Of a stretch of 64,000 nt of DNA, positions 37,210 through 49,100 are shown piece after piece. This DNA is from a virus. Taxonomy: Duplodnaviria; Heunggongvirae; Uroviricota; Caudoviricetes. The notes under the pieces were generated by a model. The model made no database searches. It was not told where the DNA came from and worked only from the letters and a program-made list of their open reading frames with translations. The stretch is from IMG/VR virus record IMGVR_UViG_3300045049_000270. One strand, written 5' to 3'. Made by a program: the position numbers and the translations under genes. Position 1 is the first letter of the stretch; the number at the start of each line of letters is the position of its first letter.

Positions 37210-38106
37210 TTAGAAGTTGGTGACGGTAGAGAATGATGGAGAGACAATCCCAGTCATGATTGCCGTTGCTTTATTATAGCTGGCGGTAACATTAGTACCA
37301 GATTGTACTACATCATAGAATGAATTTGCATGTTCATCAGTCAACGAAATTGATACTTGAAAACCATTCGTAATTTTCGTTATGGTAATAGAACAATCAT
37401 TGTTGACATAAGCACCAGTACCAATGTGTGTTCCAGTGAACCATGTTTGAGCTGATGTGGTCAGTCCATAATAACCCAAACTTTGGTTCATAGTGCCAAT
37501 TGTTCCATTCCAAAAAGAAGTAGAGCCGTGTAGACCGATAGTACCAACATTAGTAAGCATTGTGTTCCAATTCTGATCTTGCGTCGTGGATGTATTTGGG
37601 TGGCTCAATACAAAATTAACGGCACCACCAGTATTAAAAAAGAAACGGGCTTGATCTTCAGATCCCCATACAACATTAAACACCGCATTAATAGTCTCGG
37701 GACCAGAAGTATTATTGCCCCAAGTAGTGGCACGAGTATTAGTATACGCTGAGTTGGTAGCCGTCCAGTTACCAGTAGCAATAGTCATTCTATTTGAATT
37801 GATTGTGCTAATGGCATTTGAATATAGGGTGATATCTGATGCCCTAATCAGTTGCCCTGTCGCAAGTGTTGGGCATGTACCAGCAGGAACACTTACGCCG
37901 TAGATTTGTTGCCAACACAAATTAATGTCATTGTACAGAGCATTCCAATCTGCGGCTCTAATGACGTTCCCGATGGTATGTTGCGCGCTCGACACAGCTT
38001 GACCCCAACCAGAACTGCCAGAACCAGTGCCAATAACATTGGCAAGTGTGCTTTGCATCGTGTTGAAGTCTGCTGCGGCGATTAGACCACCTTGAACTAC
38101 TGTCAT
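37210..38106 (-). CDS. virion structural protein (tail/baseplate associated)
   Basis: Rich in Thr, Gly and Asn; I.AADWNAL, ARFFFNTGG; located in the tail operon. Confidence 0.65.
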   Translation of the reverse strand: MTVVQGGLIAAADFNTMQSTLANVIGTGSGSSGWGQAVSSAQHTIGNVIRAADWNALYNDINLCWQQIYGVSVPAGTCPTLATGQLIRASDITLYSNAISTINSNRMTIATGNWTATNSAYTNTRATTWGNNTSGPETINAVFNVVWGSEDQARFFFNTGGAVNFVLSHPNTSTTQDQNWNTMLTNVGTIGLHGSTSFWNGTIGTMNQSLGYYGLTTSAQTWFTGTHIGTGAYVNNDCSITITKITNGFQVSISLTDEHANSFYDVVQSGTNVTASYNKATAIMTGIVSPSFSTVTNF

Positions 38107-39176
38107 TATTTTGCTCCTACAGTAATTTCAAGCAAGCCAATGTCGTCAGTATCTTTATCTGCCAGTGCTCGACCAATGACAACGAATGCATTTCCGTGAA
38201 TATCAGCTGGGTCGGCAGCCATAGCTACACCAGCAAAGCTTGAGGAAACGATACGTTGGCCTTTCCTTACTTTACCGACTACTTTCACAGGAACGCGACC
38301 AACAAGCGCTACGAATGGATGTGTTTCACCAGAGCCTGCTTCTGCATTCATCATATAAGCTGGTGCTGTCGAAATTACACCAAATACATCAGCACAGAAC
38401 GCGCTGGTAGTCATCGTAATTTCTTTTTCACCACCCAACATCACAACATCACCTGCTTCTAGCGGCATGTCAGCTTCATAACGTTCCGCCAAGTCAGCAT
38501 AATTTGCTGATGTGGCGTTGCCTTGGAATGTCACTGCATATACATTTGAGTAACGATTTGATGTACTACCCAGCGAAAACGAATTGTCTGTTGTTGGTAA
38601 GTTTGTTTGGTCGTTACGCATGAAAGCGCTACTACTTGGCACAAACGATGCTGGATTAGAAAATGTATAGCCATTACCGCTAGAATTAACGGTTAGGACA
38701 TATCCAGGAGATCCAACAGATGTAAGTCCAGTACCACCTGATGCAATTGGTGCTGGTGGTGAACCAGATGGTGGATTGTAATACTGTTGAAGAGTCAAAT
38801 AATTCGCAAGTTCAGCTTGCGTAGCTGAATTGGCTTCCAACGCGGCTACAGAAGTTTGAACTTGTTGAAATGCAGCCAATGGTGCATAGTTAGCCAAGTC
38901 AGTTACTTGAGCAACCGTGGACCATGTTGAAGATCCTAGATAGAATTTGATTACATTGTGGCCTGCATCAAACCAAATTTGACCCTTTAATGGATTGGCT
39001 GGTGCATTTGCACTAGCAAAATTGCAGAGCTGTGACAATGTATTTTGCGCGACAGCCAGACCATAGCCTGGTGCCCCTCGACCCAAAAGGGCTAGAGACG
39101 TCAGCGACGTGTTGATCGTAGCGGCTGGAATGGTAAATGAGCCGTTCGCATCATTAGAGATTACATAGTCTGTCAT
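38106..39176 (-). CDS. tail fibre-like protein with a C-terminal chaperone-type domain
   Basis: N-terminus paralogous to 21838..23583; YADLAERYEAD, GVIST.PAY.MN, VALVGRVPVKV. Confidence 0.75.
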   Translation of the reverse strand: MTDYVISNDANGSFTIPAATINTSLTSLALLGRGAPGYGLAVAQNTLSQLCNFASANAPANPLKGQIWFDAGHNVIKFYLGSSTWSTVAQVTDLANYAPLAAFQQVQTSVAALEANSATQAELANYLTLQQYYNPPSGSPPAPIASGGTGLTSVGSPGYVLTVNSSGNGYTFSNPASFVPSSSAFMRNDQTNLPTTDNSFSLGSTSNRYSNVYAVTFQGNATSANYADLAERYEADMPLEAGDVVMLGGEKEITMTTSAFCADVFGVISTAPAYMMNAEAGSGETHPFVALVGRVPVKVVGKVRKGQRIVSSSFAGVAMAADPADIHGNAFVVIGRALADKDTDDIGLLEITVGAK

Positions 39177-39230
39177 CTATACTCCGGGGATTCGTATTAT
39201 TGTTTTATTTATTAAAGACTATTTTAACTA

Positions 39231-39833
39231 TTAAACCATTGCGATTCGCACGGTGTAAATGACTTCAATAATACGGTTCAGAGATTTCTGAAACGGATTG
39301 AAAATCACATGAGTTAACAAACGTTTTACACCAGTATTTGGATCATAAGTTTTTAATCCAAGTTCATCAAACGTATATTTGGCGTTGGTTTGAGTAACTG
39401 TATCAAATGCCTCTTGGCCTGCTGGTTCACCATAATTCAGAGTACATGTTACGATGATATCAGTATAAGTATTCCCAGTGATGTGATTGGTGGTGATATT
39501 TGTCTTCGTTGGATCGTCAGTAAAACGAGCGCTTCGATTATTAACGACCTTGAAATAAGTGTCGTTATATAAATCGGCATCCAAACCAGTTGTGTTTGGT
39601 GAATAATAGCTAATAGTGCCAGTGGCAGAAGTAACAGAGCCCCCATTACCAAAATGCATTTCTTCGATAACACCAGTTGAAAAATCTGCCATAGCCAGAG
39701 CAATAGCATTACTGAAGTTTTCATAGTGAATCGCATTCCATTGATCCACGATAATTTCTGGCGTTGGGTCTGTGATATCTCGCACTAGAACGTGGCCAAA
39801 TGTTTCTACTCTGGCTAGGTCAATCTTGCTCAT
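39231..39833 (-). CDS. baseplate/tail structural protein
   Basis: NAIHYEN, FGNGG, FDELGL, LLTHVIF.P.QKS.NR.I...YT.R. Confidence 0.7.
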   Translation of the reverse strand: MSKIDLARVETFGHVLVRDITDPTPEIIVDQWNAIHYENFSNAIALAMADFSTGVIEEMHFGNGGSVTSATGTISYYSPNTTGLDADLYNDTYFKVVNNRSARFTDDPTKTNITTNHITGNTYTDIIVTCTLNYGEPAGQEAFDTVTQTNAKYTFDELGLKTYDPNTGVKRLLTHVIFNPFQKSLNRIIEVIYTVRIAMV

Positions 39834-39984
39834 TTGAATCGGAATCCTTTAGGGGTGGATTCTTGGCAGTATTTCTGATATTCACCAAAACCTTACCAGT
39901 TTCCACATCTCGAATGAGTAGATGATCAGTGGCTTGAACACCGGCTGGATCTACTTCTTCTATAATTTGTTTATCTACGTCCAT
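39820..39984 (-). CDS. 54-aa protein missing from the ORF track
   Basis: MDVDKQIIEEVDPAGVQATDHLLIRDVETGKVLVNIRN...QD*; resembles the N-terminus of the next gene (GHVLVRD). Confidence 0.6.
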   Translation of the reverse strand: MDVDKQIIEEVDPAGVQATDHLLIRDVETGKVLVNIRNTAKNPPLKDSDSNEQD

Positions 39985-40007
39985 ATTTATGTGTTGAATT
40001 AAATGCC
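39984..40007 (-). promoter_or_regulatory. late promoter GGCATTTAAT-N7-ATAAATA
   Basis: Same bipartite motif as at 23614, 54709 and 61273. Confidence 0.65.
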
Positions 40008-40061
40008 AATATAATTAGCTATTAGAACGAAATGTGGTCAGTTTATCAATATTCAAATGAC

Positions 40062-40087
40062 TGGAGGGGAGCATTTACTCCCCTCCA
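40062..40087 (-). terminator. hairpin downstream of the giant wedge gene
   Basis: tggaggggag / ctcccctcca stem; weak U-tract. Confidence 0.5.
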
Positions 40088-40104
40088 TATATAGCTAGTC
40101 AGTA

Positions 40105-43100
40105 TCAATAGCTATCTTGCGATAAATCAATTACTGTTTCGCCCTGCGTATGCTCAAATATTGACGATCCACGATAGCCACGTTCAACATCTATCAATGT
40201 AATGGTATTTGCGTTAGTATCTACCTTGGCTTGTAGGAATCGAACAATTTCTTTGTTCAACATCATAACACCAGGATTGTGCAAATTACGATCCACATCA
40301 AACGAACCGATTGATGGTAAGCCATCACCATTCACACGTTGCAAAACGATATTGCTTGTATTGATATCAATATCACTAGCCAATGTGTAATAATCGGAAT
40401 GAGTTGTGATTTTACTAATATCGCTAATACCATATTCACGCAGCGGATCTAGATATATGATTTGATCATATGGTATTTGTGCTTGTGTTGCAGTGAATGT
40501 TGAAATAATCACATGGTCACCTGGATTAGCAAAGATACCATTCTCTTCATTCATACGAACCGCAAAACTATTTGGACCAAAAGGTGACATTTCATCACGA
40601 GCATCAGTATCCCAAGCCGGAATATCCCAACCATTATTTGCTGGTGTGACATAGAAGTCTGCACCTTCACGCAACTTACGACCATTCAATGTCACCCACA
40701 AACTGCCAGGTGTTGGGAAACTTCCTGGGATTGGGAACCAATTATCAGTAATATGATCATAACTAACTGTATGGATACCCATGACATTCGCATTTGCGAA
40801 TGTTGTTAGTGTCATACGTTTAGCCAATGGGAACTGCTGTGCAATTGGATCAGTAAAGTTAAAGTCAGCCTGTGCTGAATCAAACACCACCAAATCACCA
40901 GTAACATCACCAAGCATCATAATCTGGTCACCCATCATGATGGCTTGAGCAACTGCACCAGGTTGTCCTGGAACATCCCATGAATAGTTAGTCAGATCAT
41001 TTGGAATGGTATTACCAAATGAGATTGTGACTGTCAAGTCAGCCGTCAATGGATTCAAACTCATCAAACGGCCCTCATAAACCACCAGAGTAGCATTAGC
41101 TGGAGCAATTGTGTACTTCAAGTATTGGTTTGGATCATCCCACAAGGAAACTCCATCCCACAGATCCTGATCCCAATAAACACCAGTCATTGAATTCAAT
41201 TCTGGTGCATCTGGATTTAGATTGCTCAATGGATAACCAGGTGCTGTGCCTACAACTTCACCAACAACTTGGACGACGCCATTGTTCTTTACAACCATAT
41301 CACTTGCTGCCCAGTTACTTCCGAGGTTCACAGAACGTGTTGATGCGGGAATAGTAAAACTCTGAACTACGTCTGTACCAATAACAATTGGTGATCCGTT
41401 AAATGTTGCAGTTAAGTTGGCATATTGAACTCCCTGACCCAATTGCAATATTTCATTTCCTGGGGATACAAAAGCTTCGTAAATGCCAGTTGACAAAACA
41501 CGTAATCCATCAACCTCTATAATTGACTGAATTGGGTTTGGTGGGGTCGACAAACCAAACGCCGCCTCGAATGTCAATGGACCACCAAGAGTCGTGAGAT
41601 CGATTTCCTTAACTGTTACGGTATTAAAACCAGACATTGGGTTGTTGTTCGCATCAACTATTGATGGCATAACAACAACCTTGATAAAGCTCCCATTTGC
41701 AGGTGCAGTCGTGAATGTAAGCTTATTATTGTTAACAGAAAATGCTGTATTCAATACGCCATCAACGGTTACGAACAAATCTGATGGATTATCAACCACC
41801 GCGTCAATTGGGAAAGTAGTTGTTGTACCATCGCCATTAAAATAATCAGTACCAGTAATCTGATTTGCACCACCGAATCCAAATGATACGCTATCTAAAA
41901 ATGTTGGATTGTCGTTACCTGTATAGTTAACAATCAATGATCGAGCATCATATGTGTAATCATTTTGAGCAACACGTACACCACCATCATACAATGCAAT
42001 AGCTTGTTTTGATTGTGGAGCAACTGGAAGCGTCATTGGTGATGCTGATTCGTATAGAGTAATAGATGCACTACCTGGTGTCCAAGTTTGATGCATCTTA
42101 ATACGCACTCCTGCAGTCACCAGCACTTGCACTAATTCTTCGGGGTGGTTGGCTTGGTGAGTTGGATCTTGGAAGATACTACCACTAATGATCTGAGAAT
42201 ATGTAGAGTTCGCAAATATGCCACCATCGATAATTTCTGTTGGTGCATCTGCCGCGACTAGCATAATAACTACATTATCATATGGTCCCAAATCCGACAT
42301 CTTGAAGTAAATCTTCCAGGAATTGGCCAAGTTTGGATCAGCCAATACGATGTAATCACCATTGATAAGAGATAGTCGTTTATTATTGCGATATACCTCT
42401 AGACGATGACCATTGTTTACATCGAATTGTGTTGCAGTAAATTCAAACTCATATGCATTGTAAATTTGACCGTTTAAACCAGCTTGTACCAAATGATTCC
42501 ATGTTGTTTGATTCAAAGCGTCCCAGGTAGTAGTATTCATTTGATCCCAAACGTAGTTTGGTTGATTGTCATTGGCTACGTCCCAAGGAGCAGGAAGAAG
42601 ATGTCCAATAGTATCAAACTTCTGAGCAAAATAAACATAGCTTGGAAGGTTTGTGCCAATCAGATGGCCTTTTCCATCTTCAACAAATGTTAATGCTGTT
42701 GGATATAAGGTCGGTGAAGCGAGGTTACTGCCCAATACCGGACCATTAAATACAGTTCCTTTCATGACCCCCATCAATCCAGTTTGTGATGTTGCATCAC
42801 CAGACCAATATTGGCTAAGACGATCAACTGCACCCCCAACACCGGAATAACTGTCAAAATCAAAGATATCCCAAGCTTCATTATCCCATCCATTTGATGG
42901 AAGCATTGAAACCCGATCGAATGTCAATGTAGCCACAATCTTACGGACTTGATTATTACCAGATACCCAGTTATTGTACCAATCTTTATATGACGGATCG
43001 GATGCTAGGATCGCCAAATCGGCAACATTGGTTTCATCAAGAATTCGATATTTTCCTTGAGTTGAATCAAAATAAACTGGTTTATCAAAATCAGTTGCAT

Positions 43101-46100
43101 GAACATTAGCAGTATCGCTCACTCCGTACTTACTGATAAAATTACGAATCTTGACGTGATATGGCTTAACCTCATTAATGTATGATAGTAAGTCTGCTGT
43201 ATAGTCAATACTTGCAATTGGGCTTGCGATTAGGTTGGCATTGAATCCCTGTACATACATAAAGGATGTCTTGAAGCACCAATCGACGAAATCTTGCTCA
43301 GTATGTAGGTAACTAATCATGCTGAAGAACAATTCATTTTGTTCTTCAGCCAACAAAACAGAATCCCGCAAAGCATTCAGCACATAATTCAATTCATACC
43401 CCATATCACGATTCGCGACTAAGGTAGCAAAATTACTTGGTAGTGTACCAGTTACATCGAATACGTTACCTGTGTTTTGCCAGATATTGTCGTTGAGTTG
43501 GATGGTGCCATTTTCCTTTGCGACTGTTGTCCAAACACCGTCGTTCCAAACTTGCCACATCCAACGCCCTTGCCCATCATCATTAATCTTGGTATAATGG
43601 ATGGTTGGATTTGCCCCCAGCGCAACCTGACGTGCTGCTTGGTTTTGATAAACTGCACTTGGAACCATAGTTGCATCATATCCAGATGCATACCAGTCAA
43701 CGATCGTAAAGATATCATTAGTGTTATAACGTTGGGTAGTAACCAATTGGAATGAAGCAGTTGATGAATTGTAAATCCACAAAGTCCACATATTGGCCGT
43801 TGCCGAGTTGGCGGCCACCAATACCTTTGTACCATCTGCAACCTGACCAATCAATGCATTCAATTCTGTTAGTGAGGAAACCTGCTTATCCCACAAAGTA
43901 GCAAAATTAATATCACCTTGTGTATCTTCGGTCATAACGGACCAGAATGGTGTTTTGCCACTGAGGTTCATTATCAAACCTGGGCTAACTGACGGATCCT
44001 TAGTATATGCATTTGTGAATTCTTGCAGTGATGCAAATTGCTTCTTCCACAATGCTTTGTTTGGAATCGGTTCGATATATGCTGAACCTTGAGTTTGAGT
44101 CCACTGCAAATATTGATCATCACTGTGGGTTTTCTGCAATGCGGTCAAAGCATATGGACGATCGTCGGCAAGTAACAAGTTAGCAAACACATTGTTCAGA
44201 TACTCCACCAAATGTTTGCGGGCACCCTGTAGGTTTTTAAACCAACTTTGGCCGACACGCAGATTGTTACCAACTCGAGTGGTCACGTAAAGTGATGGAT
44301 TTGGAATTGGTTCGTTCTCTGCATTGAAGCCAGCAATTGACGATACCATATTTGAGAACAAAGTAACTGATGGTAAACTCAATGGATCACCAGGACGTAG
44401 CAACGACCATTCTGAATGTTTACCAACCTTAGCGTCATTTTTGCGAATACGTATTTGCAATGAACTGGTTGGTGTCAAGTATTGGCTGAGTGCCGCAACA
44501 ATCATAGCATTGCTTGCGATTGGTGCTGCCCATGCAATTCCATTATTTGCTGGATTAGCAATGATTTGTGCAGCAGCTGAAGCACTAATAGAACGGAATG
44601 GAACATTTGGTGTTGTTTGGCGATTCTTAACCCAGAAATAGAATTTGGTCACATATGTACCAGTGGATGGATCGAATACTTGCTTCTCAACCCATGATGG
44701 ATTTGTTGAGTTGAAAACTGGACCATCATAAATCGTTGGTGTAGAACCAGCGTTGAAGTTGGCCATCCAATCTATTGGATTGACAGAGCTTTCTGTCCAC
44801 TCATAGAAATCAACTTCACTGTTTGGCGCTAAAGAACCCCAATTCTTCACTCGATATTTCAATTCTGTTGATGCATCAACAGAGTCAAGATTTGTGAGGT
44901 CGTTGGTTTCTGCTAACAAGAAACGTGTAGAGTCCAAGTTCCACCAAATACGACCAACTTGAGATTCATCCCATTCCATACCCAATGCCAATACATTGCT
45001 TCCCCCTTGATTGTATCGAGCTGGATCATATTCCTGCATGTAATACACTTCACGCATTGCCGCACCTGGAATCAAGCCCTGTACTGGATCATATGGAACT
45101 ACATCTGGGTATAGCAATGGGTTTGCTTGCATCAAATTACTGTCACTTGACAATGATGTGACAGTATCGTATATCTTCATTGAATCAATCAATTTGCGAT
45201 CGATGCGTGGGGCTTGTGAACGGTAACGAACAAATTCCGAACCGTTCCACTTGAATACGGCCCAACGTTTTTGATACGCAGCGTATGCTGATTGTAATGC
45301 AAACTCGTAACCAGTATCTAGGTAAATGTAATCGTTAGTGGTGAAGCCACCTGATGGCACGATCACTGCCGAACAGAAGTTAGCAGACAGAGAATTTTGC
45401 GTCATATAGCTTACCATAGAGCCACCATGCTTCTCGTTGAAACGCATTGAGAATAGGCGTAGAACTACTGGAGCATCGACACCAGGCTCCGGTATTGTCG
45501 TATTTGGGAATGTTGTCTGGCTGCTAAATGTATTACTTACGGTAATTGTTTCTGCCAACGTAATGGTTACCCCATCTGATGCAACGGCAGATACGGTGTA
45601 AACGCCACCGATATCTGGGCTTGTGTTAGATGGTGAACTAATATACAAGTGATCGCCAACTACGAATGTAGTTGGATATTCCATTACAATCGTATTGCCA
45701 GTGATACTTGAAATATAGTTTTGTGTGACTAGACCGTTCAAACCGGTACCATTTAATGCTGTGTCAACACGTAGAACATCAAATGTTGAAGTGCCATTAT
45801 TGTAAATCCACACATTATTACCGACCGCCAAACTAACAGTTCCAGCTTGCACCATAGCATTCAAAGATGCCAATGAAGGAGCGGATGCTGTGACTTCATC
45901 GATTCGAACATAACCAGCAGTTGGTAGATCACCCTTGTGGCGAGTATAATCTAGGATCGTTGGGAACACCGTATTAGTATTAATCGGGTAGATCCAACGA
46001 GTGTCATGCGCAGTACTATTTGAATACAAATCAAGTGTGATTGAATCAGGATCTTGAAGCGCAGTCAATTGATCAGCCGTTAACCCCTCAGTGCCGTCTA

Positions 46101-49100
46101 TAAAGTTAATTTGTTGTGGTTCTTGCTTGATGTCATCACTAGTCAATTCAAATTCAACAATATTTTCTTGACTAACACCGCCATAATTCCCATTCAAGAA
46201 TGCCCATTCCTCTAGGAATTCCAAGTTGGTAGTTTGTGTCAATGTTGTATTGCGCAACAATTTGTCCAAAGCCCCAGCCGAACCCTTTTGTTGAATCATG
46301 CCTTGATAGAATTCGAATTGATTCAATTCATTTGTGAAGATATCAGCCAAGTATGAACGAGATTGATAACCAATTTGGTGACGGGCGTAATCTCGCATCA
46401 CTGAATAAACTGGTTTCTCAATACTAAACATATTGCGAACGTCTTCGACAGAACGATCGAAGCTTGGAATCATCAAATTGTCGGTGAGTACAAAGCCTGG
46501 TGCATTCAATGTGCCATTCCAGTTAGTACTCAAGTTGAAGTTCATGCGAATACGATTTTGACGTAAGTTGAACAATGGCTGGTAAATAACGTCATTGAAG
46601 ATTGTTGTATTGTCAAACAACACACAATGTTCGATCTCTGAAACACACAACCGCAAACCAAAAATACCGGTTGTATCTTTTGTTGAAACTACTATTTGGC
46701 CATTGATACGGTTTACAACCGTATTCTTGATATCAACATATGCGCCAGCGCGATCCAAGATACTGTAAACACCGTTGACCATTTGCTCAACAGATTGAAT
46801 AGCACCGTGATCAGTAACGAATTTCACACCATCTGACAAAGGGCTCAATGTAATGAATGTGCCAGGAGCCCAAGCCACTTGTGCCCAATTCAGGAATTGA
46901 CGAACAGCCAGGCGGAAGTCCTTATTTTCGTTGATGGATGAATCAAATTGATCAAATACCCATCCTCGACTCTTCAAATACAGTTCGTAACCAGCCAAGA
47001 AGTTGCAAACTTCTTGCATGGTGTAGAATACTGAACCATATGGAATTGTTTGAACAGATGCATTTGGTTGCGCACTTGTATAGAAATCAAGAGATGGCGA
47101 TGCACCAGCAAAACTGCTTTCAAGCTGCCAATATTCTTGTTCAAATATACCAACACTTGTATGGGATTTAATACATGAATATGTTGCATTCTGCCAGGTT
47201 ACCTGTACCCCTGTCTGATAGAAGGTATTGGGTAACCATGGATATGCTGGTGCTGGGAGCGCCCCGAGGGAAATCTTTACCTTTGATGCATTCGTATCAA
47301 CTGGAAGGATACTGAATACAGGATCAAGAACATCATAACCAATTACAACCCAACCAGCGCCATTCCACTTAATGATGACACCACTGTAGAATTCTTCACG
47401 TGTACTTGGTGAATTGTATAATTGAACTGTTACGTTTTCGCTTGGTAAGACGCCTTGGCTTTCTGTTGAAGCCTGCATTGTTTTAGAATCAGTAAATGCA
47501 CCAACTTTATGGGCAAGTTTTACTTGCAACCCTCTAACATGATTTCCAAATGTGGTAGTGATGTCTTGTCCATTAGAACGAACATAATCTGAAATCCATT
47601 GTTGGAAACCAACAACACGAACAGGTGCTTTGTCCACAACTTCATTGTGAACGGTGAAATCTGAAAAGTGAGGTCGTCTTCCCAGAGTTTTACTAATCCA
47701 TTGGTTTGATTGGCCTGGATACACCAATTGGTTATCAAGTGTCTGCCAACCAGTATCAATAAAACGAACAGGTTTCAGCAAATAGCCCAATTCGGACAAT
47801 GTGAAACTAATATATTCGCTATTCCACCATGAGTTTTCGACTGGGCCACAATCACCAAACACCCAGTCCTGGTCATATGCTGTAACATTACCAGTATCAA
47901 CAACTATACCTGCTTGGAATGGATCCAATAGATTGCCGTTAGTATCTACCGGAATGAAACGAGCAAAATCAGCACGGGCAAATATTGGGTCAATAGTTAC
48001 ACTAGGTGGTTGCTCTACATTACCAGCAACAATGGCAGCAATCAAAGCGGTTCTTTTTGCTGAGTCTGTCCATGAATAATATGTATCCCACCATGTTGGC
48101 TTTGACGTATAACCAAGCATTTCCCAAGGATGAGTATCTGGTCGATCAGTATCATAGTAATAGCGGTAGATACCTCGCCAGTAACCTGGTATTGATTGGC
48201 CATCAGCATCTCTGAGCTGTTTATAGTTCCAAGTCCATGTATTGTTTGGATCGTAGATCTTATTACTGGTATAGTCTTTTTGACCACGAGCAACCCAACG
48301 CTCGAAAATTGGAGTAGCAACTTGGTTGAATTCTCCCACCGAGTATTCAGTTGTACGGAATTTACCAGGTTGTACGGACTTCAAGTCAAATGCTGGACGA
48401 CGTTGTTCTTGTAATGAAGCATCGCATGAATTGAACAGTAATTGTTCGTAAGCCATCATGACCGTATCCCGGATATCGAGTTCTTCCTCGACTCCGTCTA
48501 CCATCACACCTTGAATTGTCAACGATACATTTTGAGTTGCAAATTTGGTGAAACCTGGCAATAAACTACCATCGTGACCACGAAGCATTACTGCGGCGCC
48601 GCCAGTTGACGAATTCTGAATAATGAATTCTGGTTTCCACAATGGTGTCAAACCCAGATATGCACCTGATGCTGGAATGTAGTAGTTGTCACCACCCATA
48701 CCATTGTTGAAGAATGCGAATGAAGAAGTCTTCGTAACCTTCAAATAATTCAATGCAGTAGTCAGAGCGGATGATGCATCAATGATCTGGCCACTTGTAT
48801 ACATGGTAGTCAGATACTGTACCAACTTTGCACGATAACGACTATATTCACGTTCAACATAGAGCATTGACTTCATAACGTCAATGTTCTTATTTGAACT
48901 CATCAGCATAGTCTTCAATAGATTGTCACGGTTTTGCACAATATTCGTGCCACCAGTCAAGGTATAATATTTGCTATCCCACAACCAATTATTTTCTGGT
49001 AGGATCTGTTGGAACTGTGGATACCAATCATTTCGTGAAATCGTAGTGATGTCGTCGTTGTTCGGATTGGCTTGCAAGTTCTGCGGGATGGAGTAGAAAC

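Noticed and set aside
3013-40087. Similar hairpins GGGGAGCATTT(G/A)CTCCCC at about 3019 and 40066
   Set aside because: Adequately explained as ordinary terminator-type stems; only two copies.
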